From assembly GCA_000002445.1 (NCBI GenBank), contig AL929603.2, positions 960,001 through 1,024,000 of the forward strand: a DNA stretch of 64,000 nucleotides, written 5' to 3'. Under the pieces are notes generated by a model. The model did no database searches and was not told where the DNA came from. It worked only from the letters and a program-made list of their open reading frames with translations. Made by a program: the position numbers and the translations under genes. Source of the DNA: Trypanosoma brucei (lineage: Eukaryota). Each line of letters opens with the position of its first letter. Positions within the stretch are counted from its first letter, which is position 1. Shown here in pieces: positions 11,016 through 22,544 of this stretch.

Positions 11016-11492
11016 ATGGAAGGACAAAACTCAGTTTCTCTTCCTGATTTGGTATCCGAGGGCCAATGCAATGCGCCTGTGGTAATACATTCGCTGCCAG
11101 TGAAGACAAATTTCCGTGGGACAACAGATGTCACTGTAAACTTTACGCAACATACGGTACGTGGAGAAGGAGGCGAGCTCCGCAATGCATTACGCGGGCG
11201 TACGCTTATGGGACGTGAAGTAATATTGCCATCTTCATATGTTATTGCCTGCGCAAGTTTCACCAATAAACCTCCAATTGCGGAGGCGGGTGGGAGGAAG
11301 TCTGGTGGAGCTGCTGCCTGTTTTGATACCACTCAGCCGTCTTCAGCGCAGGTGGAAGCGGCAGCGGGGGACATGCGCATCACAGCCGTGGCTGAGAGTT
11401 TTTGCATATGGGAGCATGACAAGAAACCTGAGAGATCAGAGATGGTAACTCAGTGGCTGCGCTTGTCAAATGATCTGCACTGTTATGAGTAG
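11016..11492 (+). CDS. Possible small hypothetical protein (158 aa)
   Basis: ORF only. No motif recognised. An antisense ORF of similar size overlaps it. Weak. Confidence 0.25.
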   Translation: MEGQNSVSLPDLVSEGQCNAPVVIHSLPVKTNFRGTTDVTVNFTQHTVRGEGGELRNALRGRTLMGREVILPSSYVIACASFTNKPPIAEAGGRKSGGAAACFDTTQPSSAQVEAAAGDMRITAVAESFCIWEHDKKPERSEMVTQWLRLSNDLHCYE

Positions 11493-11762
11493 GAATGTTG
11501 GGTGTTCAGGAGGAAGTCACGTGGCTCATTTTCTTTCATTTGCATTACTGGTTCATGCGCTGCTGTTGGGTTATAGAATTAATGGCGGTGAAGGGATTCA
11601 CACACATGCAGACACACGTATATATATATATATATATCACATTCCTACACTCACGTGTTATTTCACCAATTATGCTTCAATTGAGTGGATGGGTAGGATT
11701 AACTACCTTGTGGTTTATGTTGTTGTTGTTCGAACGTATACCCTCAACAACAGGGCCCCAAT

Positions 11763-11830
11763 ACGAGGCATGTTTATTTGTGTCTGTTTCTTTTTTTTTT
11801 TTAAGATCTTTTTTTTTTCTCATTTGAGGA
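11763..11830 (+). promoter_or_regulatory. Polypyrimidine tract upstream of the FAM91-like gene (probable splice-acceptor signal)
   Basis: Direct reading: gtttatttgtgtctgtttctttttttttttttaagatcttttttttttctcatttgagg. Confidence 0.45.
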
Positions 11831-11902
11831 GGGTTGTCACGATCTCTGCATTTGATTTATTTAAGTACTTAGCCTTTTACTCCTTTCTCCTTTGAAGTAG
11901 TA

Positions 11903-14900
11903 GTGGTTTCCTGTGTTCAACCCGTTTTCTTTGTTATTGCAAGCAGGCCTTTACTGATGACCGCAAACTACCACACGGCGGAATTGCACCAGGCCCTGGG
12001 GGCCGGTGTCTCGTACGCGGAGCTTTGTTTTGCTCTGCAGCAGCGCATGTCTGTGGCTGAATATCAAGAGCAAGCCGTTCTCTTTGGAGCCATGCGCTAC
12101 TGGTCGTATCGGCGGCTGCCGAATTTTGTACGAGAAGATGTCTCTGAGGAAAAATACTACGTGTCAATGGTGCAGCACCTCAAGGCAAGGCTTCAACTTT
12201 TTCCCTACCCTCATGTGGAAGCTGTTGTACGGTACACTCACGAAACGCCACTTGTGTATTACACCGTGATGATTGCGGAGCTTCTGAAGAAGGAGCGCAG
12301 TTACGATACGCTCCCAAATTTCACCGCCGTGGACGTGCTTAATTGTATAGGAATTGGGCGGAACGAATACCTTGAGCTTACACGCGAAGTAAGGAGTAAA
12401 GTGCGATGGCATGTCAACAGAGGTTTTGTAAAGGACCATCTGCCCGCTCGCCTTCTTTCTACTATGGAATTAACACCCTTTTGCCGTGTGCTTCCTGTGG
12501 ATGGGTCGGCGGAACCGCGTAAGAAATCAGAGCTGACGAAGGAGGAGTTATTGATGCACAACCATTTGCTTCAGTGTTACAAGGACCAAGACAGTAAGGA
12601 CAGCAGTGGTGAAACGATTGTGAAGAACCCTGAGAACATAAGGTCCAAAAATGGCGGTAGTGGTGGTCCTGAAGTTAAGAAAGTTGAAGGCGATTTTGGT
12701 CGAATGGGTAGTCAATGCGGTGCTGTTTCTGCGGCATCTGCATCATCGCCAAGAACGCCACTGGGCGCGCCACCATCGGCTCACTCCGGTGCTTCTGTGG
12801 CTGCAGACGGCACTCCTATTGTGCCCTCACCGAAGTCTGCAGATGATGCGGCATCTATTGCTCATAGATGCTGTTATGCGTGTGAGTTATCAAGGGTAGA
12901 GCTTCTTGGTTTGTACCATAAGGGGCTCGTTTGCACTATATTGGATGTAAGCATCGAGGATCAAATTGTTGTGCCCCCACTGGAGCATTTCGTGATGAAT
13001 CGCACTTCCGACGACCCCATTGAAGTGTTGTTGTATAAGGTTCTTGGAACAATTGACGATCGTACCTCTCTAAGGCAGTTAGCCAAGCTTCTTGTACTTG
13101 AGGAGGAAGATCTGTGCTTGGCAGTGCAAATGTGTATCCGACTTCGCTTGGCGCAACCACGCACGAACCGCATACCTAAGGATTTCGAGCCCTTCGTCGA
13201 GCGTGTTCACACTTCATGGAGTGAGTTGGTGCAACCATTCCTCACAGAGGAATCTTCTTCCCCTGTTGCTGAAACTGAATCGACAGATGGTTTTGGCGTT
13301 ATTGTTGGTGATGATATTAACAGTGGTGCACTCGCTGACAGCTTGGTGGAATCCTCATGGCAGCCTTCAATAGACACTGAAGGGTTGGATATTGCTGTTC
13401 ATTTCGATGGGGATTGTATAAAGAATAGCAGCAACGAAGTGAACGTGCAGAGCATCATTTCTAATGCCTGTGGTACTGAAGGACAACCGGCGAAGCGACT
13501 GGTACTTTTGTACGACACGAGTTTGTTGGGGTTTCTCATGATGACAAACTTGAGTACCGACCCTTCGTTCAGGCAACACGTTGTGACGCTCTTCGAGATG
13601 GGAAAGCTCTCAGATGAAACTATGGGCGGTTTTATTGAAAAGCTGGAACAGGTACAAGGTGCCAGAGCGGAGTGTGGTTTATTCGGTGAAGCGGCGCAGT
13701 ATGTTCAGAATGTGCTTTCTCTCCGTGAGGTGGTGAAGAAGCTGCGACAGGTTGTTGGACCCGAAGGTGAACAGGGTTTGGATATGCTCAAAGTGGAATC
13801 CGTAAATGAGCAGGACCCAACGACGCGTTACTCCCTCCTTGCGCGGAATTACTGGGCCTACTTCGTTGCATCACCGGTAGCACAGGCTCCGCTGATTGAC
13901 GTTAGTATTAAGGGCGTGTATGGAAGTAGTGTGAGTCTCATGCCGTCGCCGTGGATGATGCTCTTTTTATACGAAAAGGTGCACATGGGACCACCTTCAG
14001 TTCTTTTGCCTGTTGGCTTGCCGCTCTTTGCTTGGCCGCCTGCATTACAAGATAGCAGGAAGCGTTGCGTGGCGAAGTTAAGGCTTCAGCCGTTCATGGT
14101 GAATGCTGAGGTCACGTATGCGGAGGTTGCCACGTCCCTTATTCTTGCGAATGAAATGACAGCAACAGCTCCACTCTTTGTGCAACGTGTTGTTGATGTT
14201 CCACTTGAAATACCAGCGCCTTCAGCCATGGCGGCTGCTGCTGCAGAGGCGGCATATGAAGACGGTGGTTTGGAGGGTGATGTGACGTGTGCGATGAATG
14301 GTGTTGTGGTGGAGTCGCCCTTTCACATGTTACTGACCGTGTTGGTCCCTTTTACCGCATCGGATGACGAGGCAGTCGAGTTACTCTGCAAAGCAGTGCA
14401 GCACAAGAAACCTTCAGTTGCGGCATTGCGTTTCATTAGTAACCAAACGCGTAACACAACCACGTTTACTCCCCAAGTTAACGATACCAACAACACAATA
14501 ATTAGTGAAGAGGGTGTAGCCAGTGACGGTGGGTGCGACACTCCCACTGCCGATGTTGAGGAATCCGACAAGGTTGTGACACCAAGGGCCAGTGCTTCCG
14601 TTATGGAGGAAACACACCCAATGATGTATGTTGAATGCTTTCGTAGTGCAGTAGAAGCATTGCAACTCCAGGACTCATTGGGACATTTTAACTTTCACGT
14701 TTCGTTGTATGAAGTAGGTAACACGTCAACGGATTCAGGTAATGCATATCTGTTTCGTGTGGACGCGGCTCACATTGTGGATATGGGCCTAGGTATTGCT
14801 TTAGCGGATCAGCCATGCTGTGAATTAATGGTAAAACATCTTGAAGGGTTGTTGAGTGAGTCGAGGATGGAGGCACATTCAAAAGCAATGTTGCAACTCT

Positions 14901-15136
14901 CGCGAGAGATGGGTAACTTTCTTGAGCGTCACTCAACCTTAACAACGACGGAGCGAGAACACATGGCATTGCAGTCAGCAGCCATTGCGGGCCCTCTCAC
15001 TCAACAACATGTAAGGCGTTTAGGTGAGAAGGGTAATAGCGGTGCTCCATTTCCAAATTGTGTGTTACTCTTCGATGGAGAACGCCTCTCCGCGATTGAT
15101 GACTGGGATCCGCTTGTGGAGTTGTGGCAAGTATGA
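11903..15136 (+). CDS. FAM91-family protein homolog (1077 aa)
   Basis: The N-terminal block ...MIAELLKKERSYDTLPNFTAVDVLNCIGIGRNEYLELTRE... matches the conserved FAM91 N-terminal region that I recall from human FAM91A1 ([29 protein letters not shown]). Long uninterrupted ORF. Alternative start at 11957. Confidence 0.75.
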   Translation: MVSCVQPVFFVIASRPLLMTANYHTAELHQALGAGVSYAELCFALQQRMSVAEYQEQAVLFGAMRYWSYRRLPNFVREDVSEEKYYVSMVQHLKARLQLFPYPHVEAVVRYTHETPLVYYTVMIAELLKKERSYDTLPNFTAVDVLNCIGIGRNEYLELTREVRSKVRWHVNRGFVKDHLPARLLSTMELTPFCRVLPVDGSAEPRKKSELTKEELLMHNHLLQCYKDQDSKDSSGETIVKNPENIRSKNGGSGGPEVKKVEGDFGRMGSQCGAVSAASASSPRTPLGAPPSAHSGASVAADGTPIVPSPKSADDAASIAHRCCYACELSRVELLGLYHKGLVCTILDVSIEDQIVVPPLEHFVMNRTSDDPIEVLLYKVLGTIDDRTSLRQLAKLLVLEEEDLCLAVQMCIRLRLAQPRTNRIPKDFEPFVERVHTSWSELVQPFLTEESSSPVAETESTDGFGVIVGDDINSGALADSLVESSWQPSIDTEGLDIAVHFDGDCIKNSSNEVNVQSIISNACGTEGQPAKRLVLLYDTSLLGFLMMTNLSTDPSFRQHVVTLFEMGKLSDETMGGFIEKLEQVQGARAECGLFGEAAQYVQNVLSLREVVKKLRQVVGPEGEQGLDMLKVESVNEQDPTTRYSLLARNYWAYFVASPVAQAPLIDVSIKGVYGSSVSLMPSPWMMLFLYEKVHMGPPSVLLPVGLPLFAWPPALQDSRKRCVAKLRLQPFMVNAEVTYAEVATSLILANEMTATAPLFVQRVVDVPLEIPAPSAMAAAAAEAAYEDGGLEGDVTCAMNGVVVESPFHMLLTVLVPFTASDDEAVELLCKAVQHKKPSVAALRFISNQTRNTTTFTPQVNDTNNTIISEEGVASDGGCDTPTADVEESDKVVTPRASASVMEETHPMMYVECFRSAVEALQLQDSLGHFNFHVSLYEVGNTSTDSGNAYLFRVDAAHIVDMGLGIALADQPCCELMVKHLEGLLSESRMEAHSKAMLQLSREMGNFLERHSTLTTTEREHMALQSAAIAGPLTQQHVRRLGEKGNSGAPFPNCVLLFDGERLSAIDDWDPLVELWQV

Positions 15137-15719
15137 AGTTTCTTTTTCTTTTGTCTTTTTAGGGAAGAGGAATTATAATGAAGCAATGTTTTGTTTTCTA
15201 TCTACTGTTTCTTTCTTTTTTTCCTTTTCCTTTTTTTTCTTTCAATTGGGCATGTCCTCACCTCCCTATGTTTTTTTTTGAACATTGGGCCATATAGTGG
15301 ATTGGTGCTTAGCCTCACCTCCCTTTTTTTTGTTTTCTGTAGGATGAAAAGGTACTTTTTTTGCAACCTCTCATCGGCGTTCATGAATGAAGTTATGAAG
15401 CCATGGAAGGCGGAAAACACAAAAACTTCTGCTGCTTTTAGTTGTTTACACGCACCTGAAGTTTTGTTGTTTTACATTGTTTATACGCCTCTGCCTAATT
15501 GTTTATTTGTCGTGGTTAACTTTTACGACTGCCATTCTTCCTGTTTGTTTTTGCTTGTTATTTAGTATTTGGTTGATTAGTGTTGCCGTGCGTGTGTGTA
15601 TGTGTTGGGAGTGTGAGTTATGCCCGCCTAATTTATTATTATTATGATTATGATTAAAATCGCTGTTACACCGCCCCTGCGGTTTGATGGATGTTCGCTA
15701 CTGTTGCTGTACTTATTCA

Positions 15720-15775
15720 TCGTAACCCCCCTTTCCCCATCTTTGTCCTTCTTTTATTTTTCTTTGCCATATGCA
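15720..15775 (+). promoter_or_regulatory. Polypyrimidine tract upstream of the Vps39-like gene
   Basis: Direct reading: cccccctttccccatctttgtccttcttttatttttctttgcc. A longer polyY-rich intergenic stretch lies at 15140..15360. Confidence 0.4.
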
Positions 15776-15843
15776 GCATGTAGCGGTTGAGGGGTATCGC
15801 AACCTTGTCTATTTTAGGTACCGAATTAAATATCCATTGAACA

Positions 15844-18800
15844 ATGTCGTCTTACGAGGCCTTTCGCCTACGTGAGTTGAAACAGAAGATTCCATACGTG
15901 ATTGAATCCATAACTACAGCAGGGAACCTTGTTTTTATCGGTACAAATGACGGTAAACTTATCGTTTACGAACTTTCCCCCAGCAAAGGGGATCTTCGTT
16001 GTTTGCATATTCACACGGCCAGACGGAAACACCCTATTCTCGCCACTATTCCCATTGTGGAAAAGCAGATTCTTGTTGCGGTTGCGGACGACGCAATTTT
16101 GGTGTTCCGATTGGAAGAGCCGATAACATCTGCAGCGACGGATCACCCGCGGGAGGATCAGTTGCAGGAGCTTAGTGCAATAACTGGAATGAAGGACATT
16201 ACCGCCGTGCATGTTAAGCGGCAAAAGGGAATATTTTCCATGGCGGTACTGCAACGCAAAAAGGTCAGCATTTATGAGTATAGGGAGCAGGGACAACGGC
16301 AGGAGTTTATACCAGTGAGGGATGGGTTGCAGGTACCGGATGGCGGAAAGTCACTTACGTGGGCCAGTCGAAATATTATGGTAGCACTTCGTCGTGAATA
16401 TCTTTTAGTGGATGTGGCGAGTGGCATGGTGGAGTGTCTTTACCCTACTAGTAATAGCAAAGGTGTCAATCCCCTTCTGTTGCCGCTTGACCCCGTGCCG
16501 GAGGTTCTCGTAGACAATGGAAGAGGTAACGGGGCGCGCGCCCTCCATGACGGAACAATTCTCGCCGGTAATGAAGCCAACACGTTGGTGTGGTCCTCTC
16601 CACCAAATGGTGCAACGTATGTTCATCCTTTTTTGCTTACAGTACACAGCAGTAGCGGACTGGAGGTGCGGTTACCGTTTGCGAGTACAACACGCGGCTG
16701 CTCGGAAACCACGCCGCTGGGGCAAAGCATTGGTTGTAAAGGAATTGAACGTATTTCCCATCGTTCATACGCTGACTTTGATGTGACGCTGCCAACTAAA
16801 AGTACGCCAGCCGATGCGTTTCGCAGAGATGTGACCATCGCAACAAGTAGCAGTGGTGGTAGTACCAATACGGTTTATTTGGTTGAGATGGTGCCGCCAC
16901 GCGAGCAGGTGATGGGTCTCATCTCCGCCAAACAATTCGAGTTTGGATTGTTACTGTATGAGCTTTGTGTGAATGAGGTAGAGGAGGCTTTGGCAAAAAG
17001 CATGCAAACTCATTATGCGCTGTGGTGTGTTTACAAGCGTGGGGATGTTAAGACCGCCATTTTGCGCTTCCGCGACGCACGGGTCGACCCTCGGTTGGTT
17101 ATTAGTCTCTTCCCCGGGTTTCTCACACAACGTGCGCGTGATGCGTGGCAGGTACCCGCTGATCTGAGCGAGTTGCTGTCGTCTTTCCGTGCGTTTGAGG
17201 GTGTTGTGTGCTCAAATGAGTCTGTGGATCTTCTTCTTGACTACGTGACTTCTCTCCGCCCAGAATATATTGCCGCTGGTAGCAGCGCGTCCGTGGGAAT
17301 GGATACGTCTCTCTACCCTGATGTGGATGTGGTGCTTGAGGCGGTCGATACGGCAATTCTGAGGGCATATGTTTTCTTGGGACAAGAGAAGGAGCTCTTA
17401 AATTTTTTGTGCACGGAAAACGCATGTGCTCCCAGGGATTCGGAGCAGTGTCTTTTGAAAGGTGAGCAATGGGTGGGGCTGGTGGCTTTATGGTACCGCC
17501 AGGGCTTACATAGCAGAAGTTTAGAGTTATTGAAGGAACTTGCTGTGACGGGGGAACCAACATGTAGTGCCATTGGTTCATCCGTAAATAAGGAAGGAGA
17601 AGGGATAGACACGGTGCCGAACACTATCCAGGATGATAATGTTATACGAGATTCTTTTAATGATGAGTTTCTCTCCGTGCTGCGGCGTCTGCTTCCCAAA
17701 GTAATGATACCTGAGCATGAGACAAGTGGTATATTTATTTCCCAGAGTGATATTTATAGCCACATGGAAGCGCCAATGGACCAAGAGGAGGACCTTCAGC
17801 AGTCGGCACGGTTGCTTCGGCGTTGTGTGGGTGTTGTGACGACAATTCTTTATTGCAGAAAACTTGCGTGGGACATACCAGAGACCCTCCAGTTGGTGGC
17901 GCGTCACGCTCTTTGGGTTCTGGCAAATATTCCACCACTGTGGTCAGTTATGTTATTTCCAGTAGACAAAATGACGGCTGAACAACAAGCCGCTGTGCTT
18001 CGATTAGTTCGCACCGACATGATGGGCGTTGGAACCACCAATATGCATGAGCGAGTGGTAGAGTGGTTATCTCTCATTCTTGGAAACCAATATGACACCT
18101 GCAGGGATGCGGCAATGCATGACGCCTACTGGAAAAGTTTGGTGGAAGTGGTGTTCGTTGAGGGCGAACAGGCGAAATCAGTGGGTGTTGGTGCTGAAAT
18201 TGAGGTGGAGGAAACCGAAATTAGGCAGAGGCGGAGGAAGGTGCTTTGTGACTTCTTGAGCTCTTCGTCTTTCATGAACCTTTCAGTTGTACGCGCGTAT
18301 TTGGAGCAGCCAACCGTGCGCTCTCAGGCATATCCCGAACGGGCAATAATTTATCAGCGCTTGAAGTTGCATGGGGAAGCCGTTCGCATGTGTCTCTACG
18401 AGATGAACCAATTGGAGGAGGCGAAGTACTATGCGATTCGGGCCAGCCGTGATGAAGAGGATGTATTCCTCGTGCTTCTTAAGGAATTACTTCGTCCCTC
18501 AACCGGTGCGGAGCCACGACTCGAGGAAGCGATGTCTATTGCGAGTACGTGTGGGAGTATTGAACCCCTTGCTGTTCTTGAGTTGCTGCCTGATAATACA
18601 CCCATTGCAGTTGTGGAGGATTTTCTCAGACGCTCGCTTTCCGTTGCTGCCATGCGGAACCGAAGTGCGGCCATTTACGCCAGCGTGTTAGAAGCCCGAG
18701 TGCGGCAGGCGGAAAAGGTGCTTGAGCTTGAGAAGTCGCGGCGAGTTGTAATCGACATCGAAAGCTCCTGCGCGGTATGCGGGAAGAAACTACGGCCGGG

Positions 18801-18930
18801 GACGGTTTTCGCCCGCTTTCCAAATGGCATCCTTGTGCATCACGTCTGCATAGATGATGAAAGTGTCTGTCCTGTTACGCATAAAGACTTCCGAAAGGGT
18901 GTTGAGGTCCTATTGCGGGAAGTGTTGTAA
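15844..18930 (+). CDS. Vam6/Vps39-like (CNH domain) vacuolar sorting / HOPS-CORVET-type subunit, 1028 aa
   Basis: The N-terminal region looks like a citron-homology (CNH) beta-propeller domain (IESITTAGNLVFIGTNDGKLIVYEL). The long helical middle is typical of Vps39/TGFBRAP1. The C-terminus has a zinc-finger-like motif CAVCGKKL...HHVC, as in Vps39/Vps3. Confidence 0.75.
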   Translation: MSSYEAFRLRELKQKIPYVIESITTAGNLVFIGTNDGKLIVYELSPSKGDLRCLHIHTARRKHPILATIPIVEKQILVAVADDAILVFRLEEPITSAATDHPREDQLQELSAITGMKDITAVHVKRQKGIFSMAVLQRKKVSIYEYREQGQRQEFIPVRDGLQVPDGGKSLTWASRNIMVALRREYLLVDVASGMVECLYPTSNSKGVNPLLLPLDPVPEVLVDNGRGNGARALHDGTILAGNEANTLVWSSPPNGATYVHPFLLTVHSSSGLEVRLPFASTTRGCSETTPLGQSIGCKGIERISHRSYADFDVTLPTKSTPADAFRRDVTIATSSSGGSTNTVYLVEMVPPREQVMGLISAKQFEFGLLLYELCVNEVEEALAKSMQTHYALWCVYKRGDVKTAILRFRDARVDPRLVISLFPGFLTQRARDAWQVPADLSELLSSFRAFEGVVCSNESVDLLLDYVTSLRPEYIAAGSSASVGMDTSLYPDVDVVLEAVDTAILRAYVFLGQEKELLNFLCTENACAPRDSEQCLLKGEQWVGLVALWYRQGLHSRSLELLKELAVTGEPTCSAIGSSVNKEGEGIDTVPNTIQDDNVIRDSFNDEFLSVLRRLLPKVMIPEHETSGIFISQSDIYSHMEAPMDQEEDLQQSARLLRRCVGVVTTILYCRKLAWDIPETLQLVARHALWVLANIPPLWSVMLFPVDKMTAEQQAAVLRLVRTDMMGVGTTNMHERVVEWLSLILGNQYDTCRDAAMHDAYWKSLVEVVFVEGEQAKSVGVGAEIEVEETEIRQRRRKVLCDFLSSSSFMNLSVVRAYLEQPTVRSQAYPERAIIYQRLKLHGEAVRMCLYEMNQLEEAKYYAIRASRDEEDVFLVLLKELLRPSTGAEPRLEEAMSIASTCGSIEPLAVLELLPDNTPIAVVEDFLRRSLSVAAMRNRSAAIYASVLEARVRQAEKVLELEKSRRVVIDIESSCAVCGKKLRPGTVFARFPNGILVHHVCIDDESVCPVTHKDFRKGVEVLLREVL

Positions 18931-19542
18931 TCAGGGAAGATAATGGTATAACTATATTTTGCTCTGTGTAAAATTTGGTGCTTCCGAGTCGTATGATGTG
19001 GGCACACGTGCGTGTTTGTGGAGGTGATGTTAAAAGAAATAAAGGAGGGGGAAACTGCATATGCTGTAAGGATATTCAGCTTGGAAACTGAAGAGCTTTC
19101 ATCACTCAAAGGTGAGATGTTTTAAACTTTCTTTGGCGTATGCTCCACCGCCTATGGATTCACTTAGGCCTCTCCCCCTCCTCTTTTCCCTTCTCTCTCT
19201 TACGCTCATTCATTCATTCATTCATTTTAATTTTTATGTGCGGGTTCTTGTGATCCGCATTGGTATTCTCACCTTCCACTTCAATGGCCGTGGTAAACCG
19301 CCCTCCTGCTGCGCGCCATTCATCTTTTTAACATATGTTTTACGATCATGTTGTAAGTGTGCTTGTGATTCAGTTTCTCTCTTTCTCTTCATTATTTCTT
19401 TCATATTTTCGTGATGCGCTACGCAAATATCCGCATTCGGAAATAACAATGCGAATTGTGCACAATAATAATAATAATAATATATAATATTAACAATAAA
19501 ATAGGCGAAGGCATTGAAGTGCTTTTTTTTCTTGGTGGGGGC

Positions 19543-21555
19543 ATGGCGGCCTTCTTCGGTTCGCTGGTAAAGTCTTTTATTCTTCCCAAGCCTTCTCCTA
19601 CTTATAGTGCAGACAAACACCCTGGTAAACTGGTGCATATACCGAGGGTTGACTGGGATACACGGAAGGAAAATGGCACCTTTACGTACGGGTTGCTACT
19701 GCTCGACACGGCTGCTAAATTCATCATCATCTACGCTCACACAAATGCCGTAGACGTTGCGATGGTGTTTGAAACAATGTCATATGTAAGTAAGCGTACC
19801 TCTACCTCTGTACTGCTTGTGGAATACACGGGTTACGGAATTGCATATGGTGAGACGACAGAGCGTTCCATGAATGAAGATGTGCTGTCGGCGTATTATT
19901 ACGCTGTGCGTCACATGCGGGTGCCCGCTGATCGCGTAGTGCTGATGGGCTGTTCCATCGGTACGGGGCCATCAGCTCAAGTATGTGCGCTTCTGCAAGG
20001 TGAAGAGGAGGTTCCAGCACTTCTTGTGCTTCAATCCCCTTTTACATCACTAAAGGAATGCGCAAATGATATGACGCCCAATGTGGGCTCAATTGTGGGC
20101 TACTTGGGTTATGATTGGTTTCGTACCATTGACGTGGTTGCGCAGGTGCGATGCCCCATCATTATTCACCACGGGCAATGCGATGATGTGGTGCCGTTTG
20201 AACACGCGCAGCAGCTAAAACGGACCATCGAAGAGGCAACACCACCCGGTGTAGTGGAGCTCCATGCGGAACCGAATCGCGGTCACAACGATCTTCCCAC
20301 AGAGAGCGCGAATCGTTTTATAGATAAGAAACTACGATCGTTTGGGCAGCCGCGATGTCTACAACCCAGATGCCGGCCCTATCATTTAGTAAACCCATCC
20401 ATTTACGAGTATCTCTTCTGCGTGAAAGAGCAACCCATAATCAACATGGAAGAACTTCTAAAGCACTGGAATGAAACTTTATCCATAGGTTCCTTCGCCT
20501 ATAAGCGAGAGAAGCTGTACGTACTTCTCACAGCTTCCGTGTCACTCTTCGCTATGCGATGTGCCAGGGCGTGGCAACATTACGCGGGAAGTCGGAAGCG
20601 GCATTACGGTAACAGTTATAGCGCCAGTTGCAATGGCAGTGTTGGTGTTGTTGGTGGTAGTGGTGGTAACGGTGATGGCAGTGGCAGCGGTGCAGAGGAG
20701 TTATATTGTGCTAAGGAGGATATCATTAAGAGGTGTTTAGCCTGTTGGGGAAGTCCTCTTGGTGCCTACTTAAGTGTACGTGGCCCTCCAATCCGTCACA
20801 AGATATTTGGCGTTCACTTGGATGTGTGTGTGGAGAATGTGGTGGCTAGCGATGGTATTAGCAATGAATCGGGTTTCCGTTCTTGTGGAGGCAATCCCTA
20901 TTTCCTGAAGCGTGATACAGGGGAGGCATACTTGAGCGTAGCGGAGTTGGAGTTTACGCATGGCTTAACAAGAAGCGTCGCTGCAGCCATGTCCACCGCT
21001 CCCACTCTTGGCGGTGAGGAAGATGAAATGGACGTGTTTCTTCAGAAGAATGTGGTTACGAGAATACAGACACAATGTGAGCGTGTGGTTGCGTTTCTTG
21101 ATAGTAATGAGTGGGAGAATATGTTGGAAGTTCTCGTGAGATTTGGCCAGCGAGCACCATCGTTTCTCAGCAGTAAAGCGCTGCAGTATTATTCGGAGTG
21201 CTCATCTCAGGCACGCTTCGGTGACAGTTGTGGGACCGGTGCCGCGTGTTGCGGTAATGATAGCGGCCCGGCACCACGCAGCGAAGTGATGGAAACCATT
21301 GAAGATGTTGATGAGTGGCTCAGGCCGTGGGTTGTTAGTCCTGACACGCGAATGCAATTGGGAACGGAGGTGCCTTGGGATTATTACCTTTTGAAGGCTC
21401 GTCTTTGTGTCATTGAATACACGCCGCTGGGACCCGATACGAGTTGGGAGGAGGCGCGACGCATTACTGACGCGTGGAGGGTTGTGAAGATAATTCATGA
21501 CCTCTTTTGTAGTTACTCCCGCCGTGTCCTCCACCCCTCTTTCAGCGCGTCATGA
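19543..21555 (+). CDS. Alpha/beta-hydrolase (ABHD17/FAM108-like serine hydrolase) with long C-terminal extension
   Basis: The N-terminal ~280 aa resemble the ABHD17 family: EYTGYGIAYGE...VLMGCSIGTGP (GxSxG nucleophile elbow), with candidate catalytic Asp and His further on (HHGQCDDVVP, GHND). The ATG at 19543 (MAAFFGSL) is preferred over 19456, which lies in an (ATA)n repeat. The remaining ~400 aa have no recognisable domain. Confidence 0.75.
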   Translation: MAAFFGSLVKSFILPKPSPTYSADKHPGKLVHIPRVDWDTRKENGTFTYGLLLLDTAAKFIIIYAHTNAVDVAMVFETMSYVSKRTSTSVLLVEYTGYGIAYGETTERSMNEDVLSAYYYAVRHMRVPADRVVLMGCSIGTGPSAQVCALLQGEEEVPALLVLQSPFTSLKECANDMTPNVGSIVGYLGYDWFRTIDVVAQVRCPIIIHHGQCDDVVPFEHAQQLKRTIEEATPPGVVELHAEPNRGHNDLPTESANRFIDKKLRSFGQPRCLQPRCRPYHLVNPSIYEYLFCVKEQPIINMEELLKHWNETLSIGSFAYKREKLYVLLTASVSLFAMRCARAWQHYAGSRKRHYGNSYSASCNGSVGVVGGSGGNGDGSGSGAEELYCAKEDIIKRCLACWGSPLGAYLSVRGPPIRHKIFGVHLDVCVENVVASDGISNESGFRSCGGNPYFLKRDTGEAYLSVAELEFTHGLTRSVAAAMSTAPTLGGEEDEMDVFLQKNVVTRIQTQCERVVAFLDSNEWENMLEVLVRFGQRAPSFLSSKALQYYSECSSQARFGDSCGTGAACCGNDSGPAPRSEVMETIEDVDEWLRPWVVSPDTRMQLGTEVPWDYYLLKARLCVIEYTPLGPDTSWEEARRITDAWRVVKIIHDLFCSYSRRVLHPSFSAS

Positions 21556-22544
21556 GTTGGCTGCAAACGCTGTGAGAGTAGTAAAAGTATACATGAAAGT
21601 TAATTAGGAGATAAGAAGGCAGAAAAAGGAAGGCTGGTGGCAATGGTGAAGTACGCGGGACAGTGCCATTGCCAATGGATCACATTCCGTGAAACCAGCA
21701 GCGGCAGTTACATAAGCGTAAAGCGGAACAATAACTAAGCAATCAGTTATGAGGCGCGGAATGAGGGGAAATAGCGATGCAGATAAGTTTAAAAGCAGGA
21801 AGAGCAACAAATAAATGTGCAAAATCCGCTCTGCGTGAGGCATACCCGCGTTAAAGGAGATTAAGCGAAAGGTTGGGTGGGAGAACCGGCTGCCTTCTTA
21901 TGCGGGGGTTTCCGACACAAGTTTCGCTTGTATGATCATCTCGCGGTTTCTTAATGGGCTCACTTCCACATGTCCGCTCTCTTTAAATGCACCTTGCTGG
22001 TCGTGTACCGCAGTTTCAAAGTGAACATATTTCCGTACCTCTTTCTTTTCCATTTTAGTCTTGTTTGTCCGTTAATTCGATGCAAAAGTTGCTTTCGTCG
22101 ATGCTCTCGTTGTTATTATTATTATTATTTGTTACAGTTGCCAGTTATTGCAATTTTTGTCTTGCCGTGGTCTCTGGATTTTGGAGTTCACGCGCTTATA
22201 TCTTCTCGCGCCGTTTTTTCGCTCACTCAATTTGTTTGTCTCTCCGCTATTTCTTCTATTTGTTTATTTATTTCGGCCTCCGCTACTGCGTTTGCTATTT
22301 CTATCCTTTCTTTTGACCTTTGTAGAAGGGAACTGTTGTAGTTTCTTTTTCTGTCATTGCGTCTTACTTCAGGGCGCGTAGCGGATACTCAATAATTGTA
22401 GTAGAGGCACGGGTCTCAACTCTGTGGATCTTCTCGCATAGAAAAGGGCAGAAGTATATACATTCATAAATAAATATATATATATATATATCAGCACAAG
22501 CATACAGATTGTAGCAAACTCCATATAAAATTTAAAACAGTTAA

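Noticed and set aside
12164-12561. Minus-strand ORFs nested inside the FAM91-like gene and many similar short antisense ORFs inside other long genes
   Set aside because: They are entirely internal to much longer, motif-supported + strand ORFs in a unidirectional polycistron.
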